DNA of 64,000 bases, taken from contig CM007990.1 in NCBI GenBank assembly GCA_002189035.1, forward strand, positions 806,001 to 870,000. The letters run 5' to 3'. Positions 12,163-23,031 of the stretch are shown here, piece by piece. Within the stretch, counting starts at the first letter, position 1. Every line of letters starts with the position of its first letter. The notes under the pieces were generated by a model, which was not told where the DNA came from, ran no database searches, and saw only the letters and a program-made list of their open reading frames with translations. The position numbers were made by a program, and so were the translations under genes. This stretch comes from Utricularia gibba. Its lineage: Eukaryota; Plantae; Magnoliophyta.

Positions 12163-14109
12163 GTGCGGCGGCGTTGCGATTATGTGGGGTGCTCTGGCGA
12201 GGATGCGGCGGAGGAGATCCCATCTCCTTCCTCCATATACGAGTTTCCTTCCTCCCCAGGAACCTAGTAACCCCCTGTGCCGTCAGCACCTCCCGATTCC
12301 ATAGCCCAGCCGTTGTTGCTGCTGGTACGTTCCTGCTGCGGCAAAAACAAAGGATTCTGAATCTCCCCAGAACTCACCCACAAGGGACCTGATTCCTCCC
12401 CACGAGAAAACGAGGAAGGATGGATGCTGGCGGCAGAGTGCGGCACGACATCATCGGAAAGTTTGAGTCCAGAAAAAGCCCGATCAATACCCTGATCGGA
12501 AGCCTGAAGATTGCAAAACGAGGCTGCATCATCTCCCGGCGAAAAGTTTGCGAACAGCAGCAACCACTGATCGGAGAGGAAAAGACGGGGATGAAATGAA
12601 TGAAAGGGGTGTGGGGATAAAACAGGGAGAGGAACGAGAAAAGGCAACCAACGGAAAAGGAGGCGGCAGCCCTGTACAAGTGGACGCCGTTTGGAAGATC
12701 ATGGCGTTGAACATGCATGGCTGCGTAGGCCATGAGAGACATGAGGAGCTTGATGAAGACAGCAGGAGCGTAGCTCGGTAGAGGACTGCGGCGGTCTGCA
12801 CAACCGTTTGGAGAAGACAGACAGAAGTTGACGAACACATTCAAATTCTTGGCCCAATATATACTCCCGGTCATAAGCTGTCTGTCTTCTCCAAACCGTC
12901 GTGCAGACCGCACAGTCCTCCACCGAGCTACGCTTCTGCTGCCTTCATCAAGCTCCTCATGTCTCCCATGGCCTATGCACTATGCAGCCATTCATGTTCA
13001 CGCCATGATTTTCCCCAACAGAAGAAACGGCGTCCACTTGTACAGGCTGCCGCCTCCTTTTCCGTTGGTTGCCTTTTCTCGTTCCTCTCCCTGTCTATCC
13101 CCACACCCGTTTCATTCATTTCATCCCCGTCCTTTCACTCTCCGATCAGTGATTGCTGTTCGAAAACTTTTTCGGGGGAGATGATGCGGCTTCGTTTTGC
13201 AATCTTCAGGCTTCCGATCAGAGTATTGAACGGGCTTTTTCTGGACTCAAACTTTCCGATGATTCCTGCCGTACTCCGCCACCAGCGTCCATGCTTCCTC
13301 GTTTTCTCGTGGGAGGAATCAGGTACTTTGTGGGTGAGTTGTGGGGAGATTCAGAATCCTTTGTTATTGTTGCTACAAGAATACGAGCCTCTTGACGACT
13401 CAGAGTGTTCTTACTTTTGCCCTTGATTATAACAGGCTGAAGCAAATCATTCACTAAATTTAGACAATCCGATGTTGGAGTAGCAACATCCATAACGTAT
13501 GAAAGATATCTCAGTTTCGTGTATGCATCGGAAACTCCATAGTAAGATGCAAACTCAGCCGTCAACCACGCAGTGGCAAGTTTCTGTGCTGAAACTGTTG
13601 GATTTTCATTGCAGCCTCCAACACGCACTTGTGGCTGTTTTCATCTGGAGTTGTTGAATAACTGATCGATAATTGGATTCTTTTCTTCCAACTTGCTCAT
13701 GCTCCGGTTCATGGTATAGGAAACATGTACGTAGCTTCTCACCCAATTCATCAACAATATCAGCCACCTGAACCTCGATCAAAATGTCATCTCCGAGTCC
13801 ATCCGGCAGGAGTATTCGGATTCCGCTTTCTCCTGCTGCATTCTCACAGGATCCTCTTCTTGAGAGCTTTTTAGTCGTAATAGACAGGAATATGATTCTG
13901 GTACCACTTCGTAAGATGGTGAGCTGCCCCTCCAAGCATTAACAACCAGCAGCAACAACGGCTGGGCTATGGAATCGGGAGGTGCTGACGGCACAGGGAG
14001 GTTGGGTTACTGGGTTCCTGGGGAGGAAACTCGTATTCGGAGGAAGGAGATGGGATCTCCTCCGCCGCATCCTCGCCAGAGCACCCCACATAACCGCACC
14101 GCCGCCGCA
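12163..14109 (-). repeat. Unit U1: giant inverted repeat. Inner arms 12346-12824 / 12878-13365; outer arms 12163-12326 / 13945-14109.
   Basis: Direct reverse-complement matches, e.g. AACAAAGGATTCTGAATCTCCCCA vs TGGGGAGATTCAGAATCCTTTGTT and GTTTGGAGAAGACAGACAG vs CTGTCTGTCTTCTCCAAAC. Loop is ~53 nt. Confidence 0.95.
13385..13944 (-). pseudogene. Intronless, frameshifted fragment of a plant C2/Munc13-homology gene (AT4G24610-like, annotated 'pesticidal crystal cry8Ba protein')
   Basis: Peptides SYEVVPESYSCLLRLKSSQEEDPVRMQ, LPDGLGDDILIEVQ, EPEHEQVG and AEFASYYGVSDAYTKLRYLSYVMDVATPTSDCLNLVNDLLQPVIIKGKSKNTLSRQE occur in the expected order but in shifting frames with deletions. Family assigned from recall. 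Confidence 0.82.
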
Positions 14110-14263
14110 TGGATTCCTGCGTAGGGAATGACAGATGTGAGGAACACGATGAAGACAGCAGGAGCGGAGCTCGACGGAGGACTGCGGCCTGCTCCACAGC
14201 GCTTTGGAGAAGAGAACTCATGAACGGGACGACACATTGAGTAAGGGATTTGAACATCTTCAT
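13945..14263 (-). pseudogene. Most complete copy of gene 'Z' (small hydrophobic ORF, distant relative of X), frameshifted
   Basis: MKMFKSLTQCVVPFMSSLLQSAVEQAAVLRRAP^APAVFIVFLTSVIPYAGIHAAAVRLCGVLWRG..., with a 1-nt deletion (GCTCCGCT) relative to sibling copies (GCTCCCGCT at 14813 and 25313). Confidence 0.6.
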
Positions 14264-14338
14264 CGTGGAGGGGGACTTGCAGAAGGAACAGGAGATGATG
14301 GCAATGCCCACCCTCACCGGAAATGTTCTCCTGATTAA

Positions 14339-14677
14339 AATGCTACAAGTCTTCTAGAGTTTATATAATAAAAAAATAACAATATTATTACGTAAATACA
14401 TACTATATATTACGTTAATATAATAATAGTAATAAATTATTATAATATATATAAGTAATTAAAATATTTTATAAATTATAATTAAATATTTTAAAAAATG
14501 ATTTAATTATAAATTTATAAAATATTTGTTTTATTTTTTAAAGGTATTTATTTATATATTATCTTTTAATAATTTATTACAATTTATTATATTAAAGTAA
14601 TTTTTTTTTTTTTTTGTATTCACATAATATTATTGTTATTTTTTTGTTATAAAAAGACTAGAAGACTTGTAGCATTT
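14339..14677. promoter_or_regulatory. Divergent pair of duplicated TATA promoter cassettes driving U1 leftwards and U2 rightwards
   Basis: TATATAAA on minus (14360-14367) and TATAAAAA on plus (14648-14655) are each followed by the identical TAGAAGACTTGTAGCATT and a homologous leader. The AT-rich upstream block is also inverted. Confidence 0.65.
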
Positions 14678-14711
14678 GAATCACTTCTCCAGGGAAAACC
14701 CCATCGTCTCC

Positions 14712-15082
14712 TATTCCTTCTGCAAGCCCCCTTTCATGATGGAGATATGCCGTCCCTGGTCATGAGTTCTCTTCTCCAAGCCGTTGTGCAGACCGCCACA
14801 GTCCTCCATGGAGCTCCCGCTCCTGCTATCTTCATCATGTCCCTCGCGTCTCTCGTGGCCTACGCAACCAGCCATGCGGCGGCGATGAGATTACGTCGGG
14901 TGCTTGGTTGCAAAGGCATGAGGGACACGAGGAACTTGATGGAGACTGCAGGAGCGCAGCTCGGTGGAGGACTTTGGTGGGCTGTAGAACGGCTTGGAGA
15001 AGAGAAGTTACGATATATTGAGTGATGAATTTGAATATATTCATCAGTTTCTCCGTCATGGAGGCGGCGGCTTGCAGATGGA
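14712..15082 (+). repeat. Unit U2 hairpin 1: fold-back of gene Z sequence
   Basis: TTCTCTTCTCCAAGCCGTT pairs with AACGGCTTGGAGAAGAGAA. The stem continues with mismatches to GCAACCA/TGGTTGC; loop ~14874-14901. Confidence 0.9.
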
Positions 15083-15130
15083 AACGGAACCTTACGAGGG
15101 GTTCGAAGATTCAAAACTCACTTTCAGGTC

Positions 15131-15360
15131 TAATTTGTCATATCGTGTTGGATTTCCCAAGGATCCCAGAAACCTGATTCTGAAAACCTCTATTACTCAT
15201 ATGTGGGTGGTTTGTGCCCATGTTTTATTAATACGTTTATATATTCAATGTGTTTCATTAATTTCCAGAGATCGAGATCTTGTTTTAGATGGATATCTTG
15301 AATCTTGGTAATCAAGAAATTATCTTGATCGTTTTTCATTTTGGTGTTGATTTTCATCAG
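15131..15360 (+). pseudogene. Captured genomic fragment of an unidentified gene (exon-intron-exon) inserted in X sequence
   Basis: A 66-nt GT-AG intron (15203-15268) splices to give YRVGFPKDPRNLILKTSITHIDRDLVLDGYLESW, followed by a GTAATC donor. X homology stops at ~15130 and resumes at ~15362. Confidence 0.5.
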
Positions 15361-15421
15361 TGTATTTATAGCTACTTTCTTCGCGATGTGGATGAGTGTC
15401 CTGAAGGGGATATGGCCGCAG

Positions 15422-15768
15422 TTGGACGACCTTCTGATAAATGAAACGCATGGTTTCCCAGTTTCAGAGGACGAAGATCGGCGGGGAGAGCACAACCGGT
15501 ACGTAAAAGGAGCACCAGTAAGTTGCGAAGACAGAGTAGGAAAAGGGTAGGCGCGACTGCTGAGAAGGAAGCAGGATCAACTCGTCCCATGGAGCATCTA
15601 CTCCCCATCATGGGACGAGCAGCATCGCTGCTTCCTTCTCGGCAATGGCTTCAGCCCATTTTCTCCTCTGTCTTCGCACCTCCCCGGTACACCTTCTACG
15701 TACTCCTCGCCGATCTTCGTCCTCTCGAACTGGGAAACCACGCATGTTGTTTATCAGAAGGTCGCCAA
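15422..15768 (+). repeat. Unit U2 hairpin 2: fold-back of the X-B-type 3' half
   Basis: TCGTCCCATG/CATGGGACGA closes a 17-nt loop (15592-15608). Outer pairing is CCTTCTGATAAA/TTTATCAGAAGG. Confidence 0.92.
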
Positions 15769-16010
15769 AAGGGAATAGGAGTAACCTGTGGATCCTGTTC
15801 AAGTTACAACAATGAGAATATTGAAATTTAAATATATAATAAACATGATTTATATTAATAAATATTACTTTATTCTAATATTTAAATATATATATTTCAT
15901 TTTTCGATGTGAGATTGTTTATTATAATATTTGACCTTATGTTGAATTGATATTTGATCCAATTAAAATTTATTTTTTTGTGATTAAAGGTAATGTTGTT
16001 CTAATACGAC

Positions 16011-16110
16011 ACCGTGGGAAGAGTTGATGCTCCTCCTTGCTTCCTTCTCATCAATCACCATAACCCTTTTCCTCTTTCTCTTGACACGTCTGCGGTACTC
16101 CTTCATATTG
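16011..16110 (+). pseudogene. Isolated sense fragment of gene X
   Basis: CGTGGGAAGAGTTGATGCTCCTCCTTGCTTCCTTCTC matches the WEELMLLPASFS segment of X. Confidence 0.75.
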
Positions 16111-16157
16111 ATAAGAAAGAACAAATAATCCAATATTGGAATTTAAAAATATAATAA

Positions 16158-16359
16158 TAAATATATAATAAATTATAAATCATTATTAATCAATTAAATA
16201 CAATATTTTCTAATATGATTTATATTTTTGTGTATTTGAATTTCACATGTTTGTTCATAATAAATATATAATAAATTATAAATCATTAGTAATCAATTAA
16301 ATACAATATTTTCTAATATGATTTATATTTTTGTGCATTTGAATTTCACATGTTTGTTC
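16158..16359. repeat. AT-rich tandem duplication, 2 x ~103 bp
   Basis: TAAATATATAATAAATTATAAATCATT starts at both 16158 and 16261. Confidence 0.9.
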
Positions 16360-17001
16360 GATTCATCAGATTTTAAATTTCAACACATGCCCTTGGTCAC
16401 CCAACTACAACCATATCCTGTTTAGGACATCGAGATACAGAGTGCTCTTAATTACAAATCCTTATAATATACGTTTGATGTGCGAATGAATAACTTTACA
16501 ACATAAAATTTTTATAAAAAAATAAATTTAAGTATAATTTTACACGCATAATATAAAATTATAATAAAAAGATAAAAAAAGATTGGTAATACATATTTTT
16601 CTAAATACAAATTGGATAATTTTTTAATTTCCCCATTAAAAATTTAAGTCAAATCAAACAACACCTATAAATATCATATCCAACTAAAAAAACAGAAATT
16701 AATATTTTAGGTTTTAAAATAAAAATTTAACGTTTTTTAATTATATATAAAACTTTATTGTCCTATAAAATGAGGAATTACAGTAAAAGTTAAAAATTAA
16801 ATCACATATTTTTTCCCTATTATCATAAATGCCTCACACGGTGAACGGGTCTGGTACCAGACCTTCCCGACAGGAGAGAGCACGTGCCTGTGGATTTAAG
16901 ATACCGAGACCATTCCGACACGGCGAGGACCCAGGCAGGCCTGCCTGCATGCAGACACTCGACGTCATCGTTGACTTTCTATAAATAGCACTGCCGGCGG
17001 G

Positions 17002-17463
17002 TCACGCCGGCGCGGCGTCCGCCGTTGCGTCGTCATCTTGCCAACTCCTAGCCTTGTGGTAAATGCGCCGGACGTTTTCCCAATTCACGACGGCGAAGGT
17101 GGGCGGCGAGAGCACCAGGGGGACGTAGAAGGAGTAGTGGGGAGAGACGAAGAGGGAGAAGAAGGAAAGGGTTGCGACGATTGCCGAAAATGAAGCTGGA
17201 AGAAACATCAGCTCGTCCAACGGCGGCCATATCCCGTTCAGGGCATCGATTGTCCAAAACGCGAAGAAATTGGCGATGAAGAGTCTCATCATGGGGACCT
17301 GCAGAGGGTCTATCCCCCGTATTTGGTATGTCACCAGAAGGATACCCAGCGGGATCGGAATCAACCTCCCCGTGACGATCTTGAACACCTCCCGCAGCGC
17401 CTTTATCATCTTCGGACCCCTCGGAGGGTTCCCTTTCTCGGCCTCCGGCGGCGGAGCTCCCAT
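17002..17463 (-). CDS. Gene X-A: intact intronless 153-aa hydrophobic protein (predicted 3-4 TM), function unknown
   Basis: Complete ATG-to-TGA ORF with TATATATAA ~80 nt upstream (17541-17551). It is colinear with X-B with mostly conservative substitutions. Confidence 0.8.
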   Translation of the reverse strand: MGAPPPEAEKGNPPRGPKMIKALREVFKIVTGRLIPIPLGILLVTYQIRGIDPLQVPMMRLFIANFFAFWTIDALNGIWPPLDELMFLPASFSAIVATLSFFSLFVSPHYSFYVPLVLSPPTFAVVNWENVRRIYHKARSWQDDDATADAAPA

Positions 17464-17794
17464 GGCCGGTTCTGCGAAGGAAAGGAGGATGGAAAATTGA
17501 AGGAACCTCTCTTGAGCTTGAGAAGTAACGAGGAGTGAGCTTATATATATAGAAGTTGATGAGCAATTCAGATTTCATTGCACGAGGTTGGAAATCTGGA
17601 ATTACACCAACTGTAGAAACCAAAAGTTACCACCCTCAGCATCCACATATAGGCCTAAAGAAGGGCATTAACCGCACCCAGAAAAGGAGTCGACTTGAAC
17701 ACTGCAGTAAATTTTGTTGGCTTTAAATTCCAGCTGGTTGCACCACAGAGCCACTTGCCGTCCTTTATATAGTGAATTAAATTAAATTAAATTA

Positions 17795-17855
17795 AACCCT
17801 AAACCCTAAATTCGTAACCACTAAATCTCATTAACAAGTAAACCCTAAACCCTAA
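17795..17855 (+). promoter_or_regulatory. Clustered telo-boxes (AAACCCTAA)
   Basis: Two AAACCCTAAACCCTAA doublets. The associated gene was not identified. Confidence 0.5.
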
Positions 17856-20800
17856 AAAAAATTTAGCGTCCAAAGCTGTTTAAAGTAAACTTTCATTGTG
17901 TGTTTGAATCATGGAAAATGATAATTGTTTACTTTGCTGGTATGAATGGTTTGACTGAGAGATAACTCTGACTCACATTTAGGATGCATGAATGGGGTGT
18001 GTTGAAGGTCGAGAAGATGACCACGGGATTCCGGTTCCTCAGAGCTGATTCATTGCACAGAATCCAAGTAGATTGTGGGAGAAGGGGTAGATGGAAAACT
18101 TCAATGAGAAGAGAAAAATGTCACTTATTTTGAATTCCAGATGGTAAGCTCAGCGTGGTTAATCACCTAGTAAAAAGAAAAAACTACTGCGAATTCGGAA
18201 CTATAAGTGGGTAATTAAACTAGTGAAGGGGAGGAATGTGTCACAACTCTGATCCCCGTATCTCACCCCCAGCTTCATGATGTCTTGTGTTCTTTCTCTG
18301 CATTGCGGCGCTCCTTTATTTTAATGTGGTTTTGGATACTGTATGGGCACATTTGCGGCTGCCCCTTTAAGTAGGTTTCTTGTTTGAGGAACATGAACCA
18401 AAACCGCTCGTTGTTTTTGAGTTTTTGGTCATGAAATGGATGAACTTGAAGCAGCACATGTAACGCAGAGGGGATTGATTCCTTCTGGTGATTGTATATT
18501 AAATCAGGCTTGTGTAAATTGATTTGGTTTATGTCGAATAAACACAAGAAGAGCAAGATCCTCCATTCTTGGATTCATCACTGTGATTAATCCCCATCCA
18601 TTTCGAATGAAAAACAAAACATGGAGAGAATCCCAGCAGTCTCTTTATTACATACAAAAGGTACAGCAGAAGCAAGGCCAAGAGGGCACTGCAGTGGGCC
18701 TCCCGTGCAGGTCCTCCTCCAACTTGCCTTCTCCATCTCCAATGGAGTTCTTCTCTCGCAAACCCTGAAACAGAAACTGGAGCATGCATAAACTTCTCCC
18801 ATCACGAGGGCATTCCTTTCATTGCATCGATCACCCAATTCGCCATTGATATGCCCCGAGAAGCATCCACGCAGAAAGATGATGGAACTGCATGGAACAA
18901 CACACACATGTGATTCCTATAATGAAAACACACTAATCACGATTCTCTTTCAAAGAGCGAATGCGTAAATGCATTGGGGCAGGCTGTCTGTGTTAGGTCC
19001 TCGCAGTGTCGTGGATAGCTGCGGTCGGGGGCAGTACAGCAGCGGGACACCACGTCTCCCGATGCCAACTCCGAGTCCCATCGTCTTGTTACTCAAAAGC
19101 AGCCCCTAAAACGAAGCCTCAACGTTCCCTTTTTCTCCCAGTCCCAGTTTCCAAAATCCCGATCACCACACTCTCGATTGCATTCCGCAGATTTTTCATG
19201 TTTCGGTCATTGCAGAATTTCAAATCGATCAACGGTGAATGAAATCAAACGAACACATAAAAACCCACAGCATTTCTCTTACATCCTCACGTTTGTCCGT
19301 AAAAAAAAACGGTAATACCTAACGTTTCATTAAGAAAATCCATTCCGAAAAAAGTTTTATAAATTACGTGTGCATCGTAATAAACAAAAATGGTTTTCAA
19401 TACACGATTGTTTTTTTGTACGCATATTCGAATTATTACGAATTTCACTTTTTGAGTCACTAAGATATTTCATGCTATAAAATGATTAGAATAAGGATTT
19501 GATGTTCTAATATCATGTTTGTCCCCGAATTCATTAATAATATAATTAAATATATTATAATCATGATTAAATATATAAGTCATCTTTTTGAATAAAAATA
19601 ATAAATAATACAAAATTATAAAAATAAAAAGATACATATTAACACATGAATGTTATATCAAATTTTAAAAATAAAAAAATTAAAGGAATTCTTTGCTTTG
19701 ATAATTTTATAAAGTGACTATATTTAATTTTTGAAAATTCTATTGTTTAATAGTTCTTTAGTAAAATTTGAAATTAAGATTTTGTGAAAATTATTAAATT
19801 TCTTAAATATCTATTTTAGTGATTAAATTAGAGAGTAATTAAAAAAAATCAGATTACTCACTTTTTATTTATTCTAAAAATACATGTACATCATAATATT
19901 AAATAATTCAACCTTACAACATAATTTTATATTAGCTATACAAACAGTTTTATAATAATAATAATAATGATTGATTGCTCAATCAGTACGGCTTAAGAAG
20001 CCAGGCCTCGTTGATTTCAATGCACGGATTAGGTGATGTACGGCAGCCCAATAAATTGATTAAATTAATTAAATAATTAATATTTACTAGTGGATTTTGG
20101 GCTTACGTGGGAAAATAAACAAAAAATTCCCCATTATATTTTATTAAAAAGGCACCAAATAAAATATTTAAACAGCTTCGGAATCAATGACTGTCTGCTC
20201 CGATTTAGAATATTTAAATAGCTTCCGAAATTTTATGACACCTCTGTCCCGTTGTAATAAAACAACCGGGCCCACTGTCGGAACCATTGGGAGTGAAAAG
20301 GGGCCCAGGAGGTAAATGGCAAGATTTTATTATTATTATTCAAATTATAATGATAATAATAGTATTAATATCAAGATTATTTAAGGAGAAAAATAAGTTC
20401 GTTCGTTCTTCTTAAGGTTTCATGTGTTTGACGGGTTTGCGGCGCCATTTTTTTTCTTTTTCTGGCTGCAGAAAGAGCATTTGCCGATTTGCGGCGGTCT
20501 TTTTTAGTTATTATAATTTATTATTTCCTTTTATGTTTTTTTTCAATGGTAAATAAAAAAATTCTGAATAAAATGATTTTCGAATTATTCGAACTCAAAA
20601 TGTCCTCTTTTCAATGCTCCATCTAATGTTTTAATGACTAAATATTCATAGTTTAAAAGATTCGATTGCGATTCATTTTTTTCTATTTAAAAAAAATAAA
20701 TTTGATCAAACTTCTATATTGAATTATTTAATGTCCAAAATGGTTTAATCGTGATTTAATTAGGTTTTTTAAAACCTTTTGTATTGAGACTATGTTTGTT

Positions 20801-23031
20801 TCTATTTGAGTTCGAAAAATTAAATTAAAATACTTAAATCATGATAGCTTGGATTTGATTTTTTATAATGTGATCACGTTTTTATATATTTGAATTTGAT
20901 GTGTAATCATAATTATTAATTTTAATATAAAAAATCACTGTCATCTCGACTCCAAGTGATGTCTAATGCAAACACGCTCGTTTCATATCAGAAAAATCGC
21001 GTAAAAAATGGGTTTTTTTCTGGAATTACTTCTGTAGATGAGAAATAACCAGACTTTTACCGATTTTGTGCCAAGATACTTAGAATGAAAATCATTAGGT
21101 TAATTGAGTTGGTAAATGCTAGCGCGGTTTGACTGTGGTAACTCAACAGTTTGGCGAGCGACAAGTTCAGACAAAACCCAGAGAAATGGCGCTGGTCCTC
21201 TGGGAATCAGACAAATGAAATAAAGAAAACATTTGTCTACGGGTACGAAGGAGCTCGGAGGCTGCACCAGCCACGACGCAGAGCCTGTCTCCATTTAATA
21301 AAAACACTCATTTCCCCATGGGAGCCAGCCGAGGAAGAACGCCAAGGCACGGATACCACTGCGCAGAGATCAAGATTCAAGAGTCGAGGGTCGTAGGAGG
21401 TAGATGCGACAATTTAATGTACTGTTTTTTTCACCGCGGTGGGAAAAATTTACCGCCGGAGACGATGGATGGATTACTGAAAATTGAAGAAGATTGGGTG
21501 GGTTAAGAGATGAATGGATGTGATAACGAACTTACTGTTCGGGGGCCGATGTCGGTTCTGGTGATCTGAACGGCGGCGCGTCATTGTTTGTTCTTCTACT
21601 TGTAGTCACTGAAAGCCGCGATGGGGACGTTTGCGGCTCTCCATACTGCGAGCGAAAGAGGCGATTGCGGCTGCTTTTTTTTTTGTTAAAAAATTAATTT
21701 TCCATGTAATGTTATATATTTTATTTCGTGAAAGTTAGAGGAAATGAAAAATGGGAAGAAAAACATGAAAATGGGAGTTGATTCTTGTGCTAATGAAAAC
21801 GAAACACAGTCGATAATGTAGTATTTGGTTGATAGGATTACGAATTATACAATTTTTATTTTATGAGTTTAAATAAACACAGAATTATAAGGGTTTTTGA
21901 AATTTTATGTATTTCGGTTTATTTAAAACTATGGAAGAATATGTTGGAGTTAAAAGGAATATCAAACAGGCATTATTTATCATCATACATTACGTTTGGT
22001 TGTCATTAATGATATTATAACAATATTTAATTGAAGACAAATATTATTTTAAATAAAATAGAAATGTATTAAAATCAAAATTAAAATAGGTTACCAATAA
22101 ACCTTCATTATGCTTGTAAAGTATTCTAGTTAATAACGTATTTAAATTATTTATGTTTATATAAAAATGCATCATATCAATTTTATAAATATGTGAGTCA
22201 AATATATTATTATATTAAGAAATTATGAATATGAAATAAATTAAACATAAAATTTACATAAAATAAGAGTTTTGATAAACATGATTTGATATTCATGTAA
22301 ATGTTTTACATGTAATACATGTACTGGAAAACAAGAGATATTTATAAATCTGACCACTCTTCATGTCTTTTTCATGCATTTAGTCAAAAAATTTTATTAT
22401 ACGTAGCTACTTTTTTCATACATTTAATTAAGAATGATCATTTTTTCTAATATATCTTCGAAAACACATTTATGAATGAGGGGTAGTTTTAAAATTTAGA
22501 GGCATGAACAAGCATATATGGAATACGAATTTAGTAACTAGGCTTGAGTCCACTAAGTGCATTGTTATTGAAGTAATGCCATATTGAAATTAAAGATGTG
22601 ATAAATGTAACAAGTATATGAAAAATTTAAATATACATAAAATATAAATCACATTAAAATAAATAAGATCTAATCGATTATTATTAATCTTTAATCTCTT
22701 TTAAATTTAATTGTCTCATTTTTATGTTTTGCCAATGCATGTGACATCTAGTTTACATTAAACGAGTTGCTAGACGCGCAGCATATTCAATTCAAATTTC
22801 ATTAACAAAAGCTTCATTTTCTCAGATGCTTTTCTGTTTCAGCTCTCGATTTCATGGCAAGAACAGTCATAAATGCATGTGGTATAGCAGTCCATGGAAC
22901 CCTTTCTTTTTGTCCAGAACAGTAACAAACACCACACATCATACTCTACGTACTGAGATTCAGGAACTAAAGCTAACAGTCCAGCAGCGATTCTACTCTT
23001 ACTCCTAGCACTAGACGGCTCGTCTCTCCGG

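Noticed and set aside
13945-14110. Reading VRLCGVLWRGC..FL as an upstream part of the Munc13-like fragment (VRLCLHAW.RGC)
   Set aside because: The segment is contiguous with Z in other copies (14875-14905) and resembles the X C-terminal half at nucleotide level, so the similarity is probably coincidental.
17915-18050. Possible box C/D snoRNAs after the telo-boxes
   Set aside because: C boxes are degenerate (ATGATAA, ATGAATG), and the only rRNA complementarity I could see was ~11 bp with two G-U pairs. That is insufficient.
21100-21510. LINE RT/RNase H remnant
   Set aside because: Only isolated W-x-W and W-x-P resemblances, with no supporting motifs.
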